Below, one piece after another: positions 61,787 to 64,000 of a DNA stretch of 64,000 nt. The first letter of the stretch is position 1. The number at the start of each line of letters is the position of its first letter. Made by a program: the position numbers and the translations under genes. The notes beneath the pieces were generated by a model, which was given only the letters and a program-made list of their open reading frames with translations, had not been told where the DNA came from and did not search any database. The DNA comes from an uncultured bacterium (GTDB lineage: Bacteria; Desulfobacterota_D; UBA1144; Nemesobacterales; UBA2774): positions 1 through 64,000 of the forward strand of contig CAVPJU010000006.1 of assembly GCA_963705505.1 (NCBI GenBank), written 5' to 3'.

Positions 61787-62110
61787 TTAAAGCGTCCCTT
61801 CGATGATATCGGTGATATGCTTCTTCGGGAGAGCGCCGATAATGCGTTCCCCGGGGCTCCCCTCCTTGAATATTATCATAGTCGGGATGCTCCTTATCCC
61901 GAACGCACGGGTATTTCCCGGGTTCTCGTCGACGTTAAGCTTGGCGATCTTTATTCTGCCTTCGTAATCAGCGGCGATCTCTTCGAGAGTCGGCGCAAGC
62001 GCCCGGCAGGGACCGCACCATTCCGCCCAAAAATCAACGAGCACGGGCACCTGCGAGTTGAGCACCTCTTCCTCAAAATTCTCATCAGAAATGTGCACTG
62101 TCTTAGCCAT
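61787..62110 (-). CDS. trxA: Thioredoxin
   Basis: VDFWAEWCGPC and IRSIPT; start refined to ATG 62110 after SD AGGAGG. Confidence 0.96.
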   Translation of the reverse strand: MAKTVHISDENFEEEVLNSQVPVLVDFWAEWCGPCRALAPTLEEIAADYEGRIKIAKLNVDENPGNTRAFGIRSIPTMIIFKEGSPGERIIGALPKKHITDIIEGTL

Positions 62111-62331
62111 CTTTAAACCTCCTAACATAAAATGAACACTACACAGCATTAGATATATATCTTAAAAAAAAGGATTCAATACACGGAGCCATACTTAAAT
62201 ATGTATAAGCCGGGTCTCTTTCCAGTGTTATCTTGGCCGCCGGAACACAATAAAAAGCGGTCAAAAACAAGCAGGACGATTGTGCTATACTAAATACGAA
62301 CGGAAAATTATGGACCCGGATCAAGGCTATT

Positions 62332-63033
62332 ATGGATTTATCCTCCCTCGACCTTAAGGACGTATGCAACCTCAAAGATTTTTCGGGGGTCATTCCTCTC
62401 TTCCCCCTATCCACAGTTGTATTTTTCCCGAACACGCTCCTTCCGCTCCACATATTCGAACCCAGATACAAGCACATGGTAAGCAATGTCATCAAGTCCG
62501 AAAGAATCATCGGCATGGCGCTTCTGAAGCCTGGCTGGGAGGCTAACTATTACGGCAATCCCGAAGTATTCGACGTAGTGGGGATGGGAAGAATCGTAAG
62601 CTCGGAATCCTTTAAGGACGGCAGAATGAACATAGTGCTCTACGGTCTGAAAAGGGTAAAGATTGTCGAGATAACGAAAGACCTGCCCTACAGGCTCGCC
62701 CGTGTAGAGATCATGGAAAACACACGCTGCACGAGCGATGAGATTTATAGAAGCAAAATAGAAGAGCTTATAACGAAATGGAATTTCGCATTAGATGAGA
62801 AACAGAAGGCTCACAGAATAAACATCAACACCGGGCTTCCGCTCGAGAGCCTTACGGACGCGCTCGCGACCCTAATTTTCTCAAACGTATTTGACAAGCA
62901 GTCGCTTCTCGAGGAGCCGAGCGTAGAGAAAAGAGCCGAGGTGATAATCAGGGATCTGCAGACGAGACTTGATATAATATCAGTTACCTCGAAAAAGAGG
63001 AACGAGATCATCGATAAGAGAAACCTTAATTGA
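62332..63033 (+). CDS. LON peptidase substrate-binding (LON N) domain protein
   Basis: IPLFPL..VFFP...LPLHIFEPRY, DGRMNI.L.G..R and KQSLLE; no AAA+ or protease domain. Confidence 0.88.
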   Translation: MDLSSLDLKDVCNLKDFSGVIPLFPLSTVVFFPNTLLPLHIFEPRYKHMVSNVIKSERIIGMALLKPGWEANYYGNPEVFDVVGMGRIVSSESFKDGRMNIVLYGLKRVKIVEITKDLPYRLARVEIMENTRCTSDEIYRSKIEELITKWNFALDEKQKAHRININTGLPLESLTDALATLIFSNVFDKQSLLEEPSVEKRAEVIIRDLQTRLDIISVTSKKRNEIIDKRNLN

Positions 63034-63035
63034 GA

Positions 63036-63827
63036 TTAACCATCAAGCAGGAACTCGAGGACGAGCTTATCGGCTTCCTCCTGCCTTTCCCTCCAGAAAC
63101 CGTGGCCGACGCCTTCAAAACTTTTTAACCTCGAACCGGGTATCAGCTCCGCAAGCTCCCGAGTGCGCATGGGGGAGGTGGTCATGTCGCACTCGCCCAT
63201 CATCACGAGTGCGGGGGCTTTTATCCTGTGAAGCAGGTCCGTGGTATTGTGCCCTTCGACGGCATAACTCTGTCCGGTATAACCCCTGAGCGCGTCGGGG
63301 CTTTCGGGAATGGAATTCATAACACCGCTCAGCGAACCGATATTTTTCTCTATGTATCCCCTCGTATATCCGAGGTAAAGGGCCATGACCCAGACCGCCC
63401 TCATGCCGACCTTGGACGCGATTTCCCTGCCCATCCTGAGTATTACATTCCCCACCTCGTCTCTCGAAGCGGAGGAGCAGCCCATCACGAGCTTGCTCAC
63501 CTTTTCGGGATACTTTATCGCAAGCCACTGCCCTATCATTCCGCCCATGGATTTCCCCACTATATGGGCTGACACGATCCCGAGAGCATCCATGAGAGCA
63601 GCCGCATCGTCCGCCATGTCTTCGGTCGTGTAGCCCGGCTCGGGCTTGTCGGACCTTCCGGCGCCCCGGTTGTCGAAGACGATTACCTTAAAGTGTTTGG
63701 AATATATCGGGACCTGCGTCGCCCAGCTTTCGATCTGGCTGCCGAGACCGCCGATGAGGACGACCGGGTATCCGTCGCCGTGAATCTCGTAATAAATATT
63801 CACACCGTTAGCGCTGACGCGGGGCAT
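63036..63827 (-). CDS. Alpha/beta fold hydrolase
   Basis: FDNRGAGRS, GKSMGG nucleophile elbow, GE.D and GH. Confidence 0.9.
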   Translation of the reverse strand: MPRVSANGVNIYYEIHGDGYPVVLIGGLGSQIESWATQVPIYSKHFKVIVFDNRGAGRSDKPEPGYTTEDMADDAAALMDALGIVSAHIVGKSMGGMIGQWLAIKYPEKVSKLVMGCSSASRDEVGNVILRMGREIASKVGMRAVWVMALYLGYTRGYIEKNIGSLSGVMNSIPESPDALRGYTGQSYAVEGHNTTDLLHRIKAPALVMMGECDMTTSPMRTRELAELIPGSRLKSFEGVGHGFWRERQEEADKLVLEFLLDG

Positions 63828-63833
63828 ATAGTC

Positions 63834-64000
63834 TCAATCCCCCTCCCGCCTCGGTCTCTTCGACTCGAGGTACTCGGCAAGTATATACACGGCGGCCATT
63901 TTGTCTATCACCTTCTTTCTCTTCTTCCTCCCGACGTCGGCGTTTATCAGAAACTGCTCGGCGCTCGAGGTGGAAAAGCTTTCGTCCCAGAACATAACGG
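63834..64000 (-). CDS. ruvX: RuvX/YqgF pre-16S rRNA nuclease, C-terminal part (runs off window end)
   Basis: Manual translation [46 protein letters not shown]. Confidence 0.9.
   Translation of the reverse strand, partial: VMFWDESFSTSSAEQFLINADVGRKKRKKVIDKMAAVYILAEYLESKRPRREGD

Overview
Mostly core chromosome of a diderm (Gram-negative) bacterium. Gene order and protein style suggest a deltaproteobacteria-like lineage (Desulfobacterota/Ca. Dadabacteria); this is inference, not a database result. Housekeeping blocks: hppA (partial), cstA, tgt-yajC-secD-secF, dapB, yicC, sucD, icd, birA, carB-greA, argS-SPOR-SPOR, tolQRA, yebC-ruvCAB, rho, ggt, nadBCA, glnD, pduO, trxA and ruvX (partial). I found no rRNA, tRNA, CRISPR array, transposase, integrase or phage gene. 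The most notable region is a type IV pilus locus at 28.9-33.8 kb. It holds two paralogous pilins, each with its own sigma-54 promoter and a TGACA-N5-TGTCA palindrome, and both carry a DxDx[DN]G loop and four conserved Cys. The first pilin is broken by a single extra base. The pilins are followed by a PilH/PilI-like ABC transporter and a membrane protein with two pseudopilin-like head repeats. Other candidates: a structured 5' leader upstream of the membrane pyrophosphatase gene, a Cys-rich thioredoxin-fold partner of CstA that may start at ATT, a frameshifted giant YdbH/AsmA-like gene with a YnbE/YdbL-like lipoprotein and an orphan beta-barrel C-terminal fragment, an RRE-like/Memo fusion among peptide-catabolic genes, and several apparently leaderless genes. 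None of these can be called novel without homology searches.
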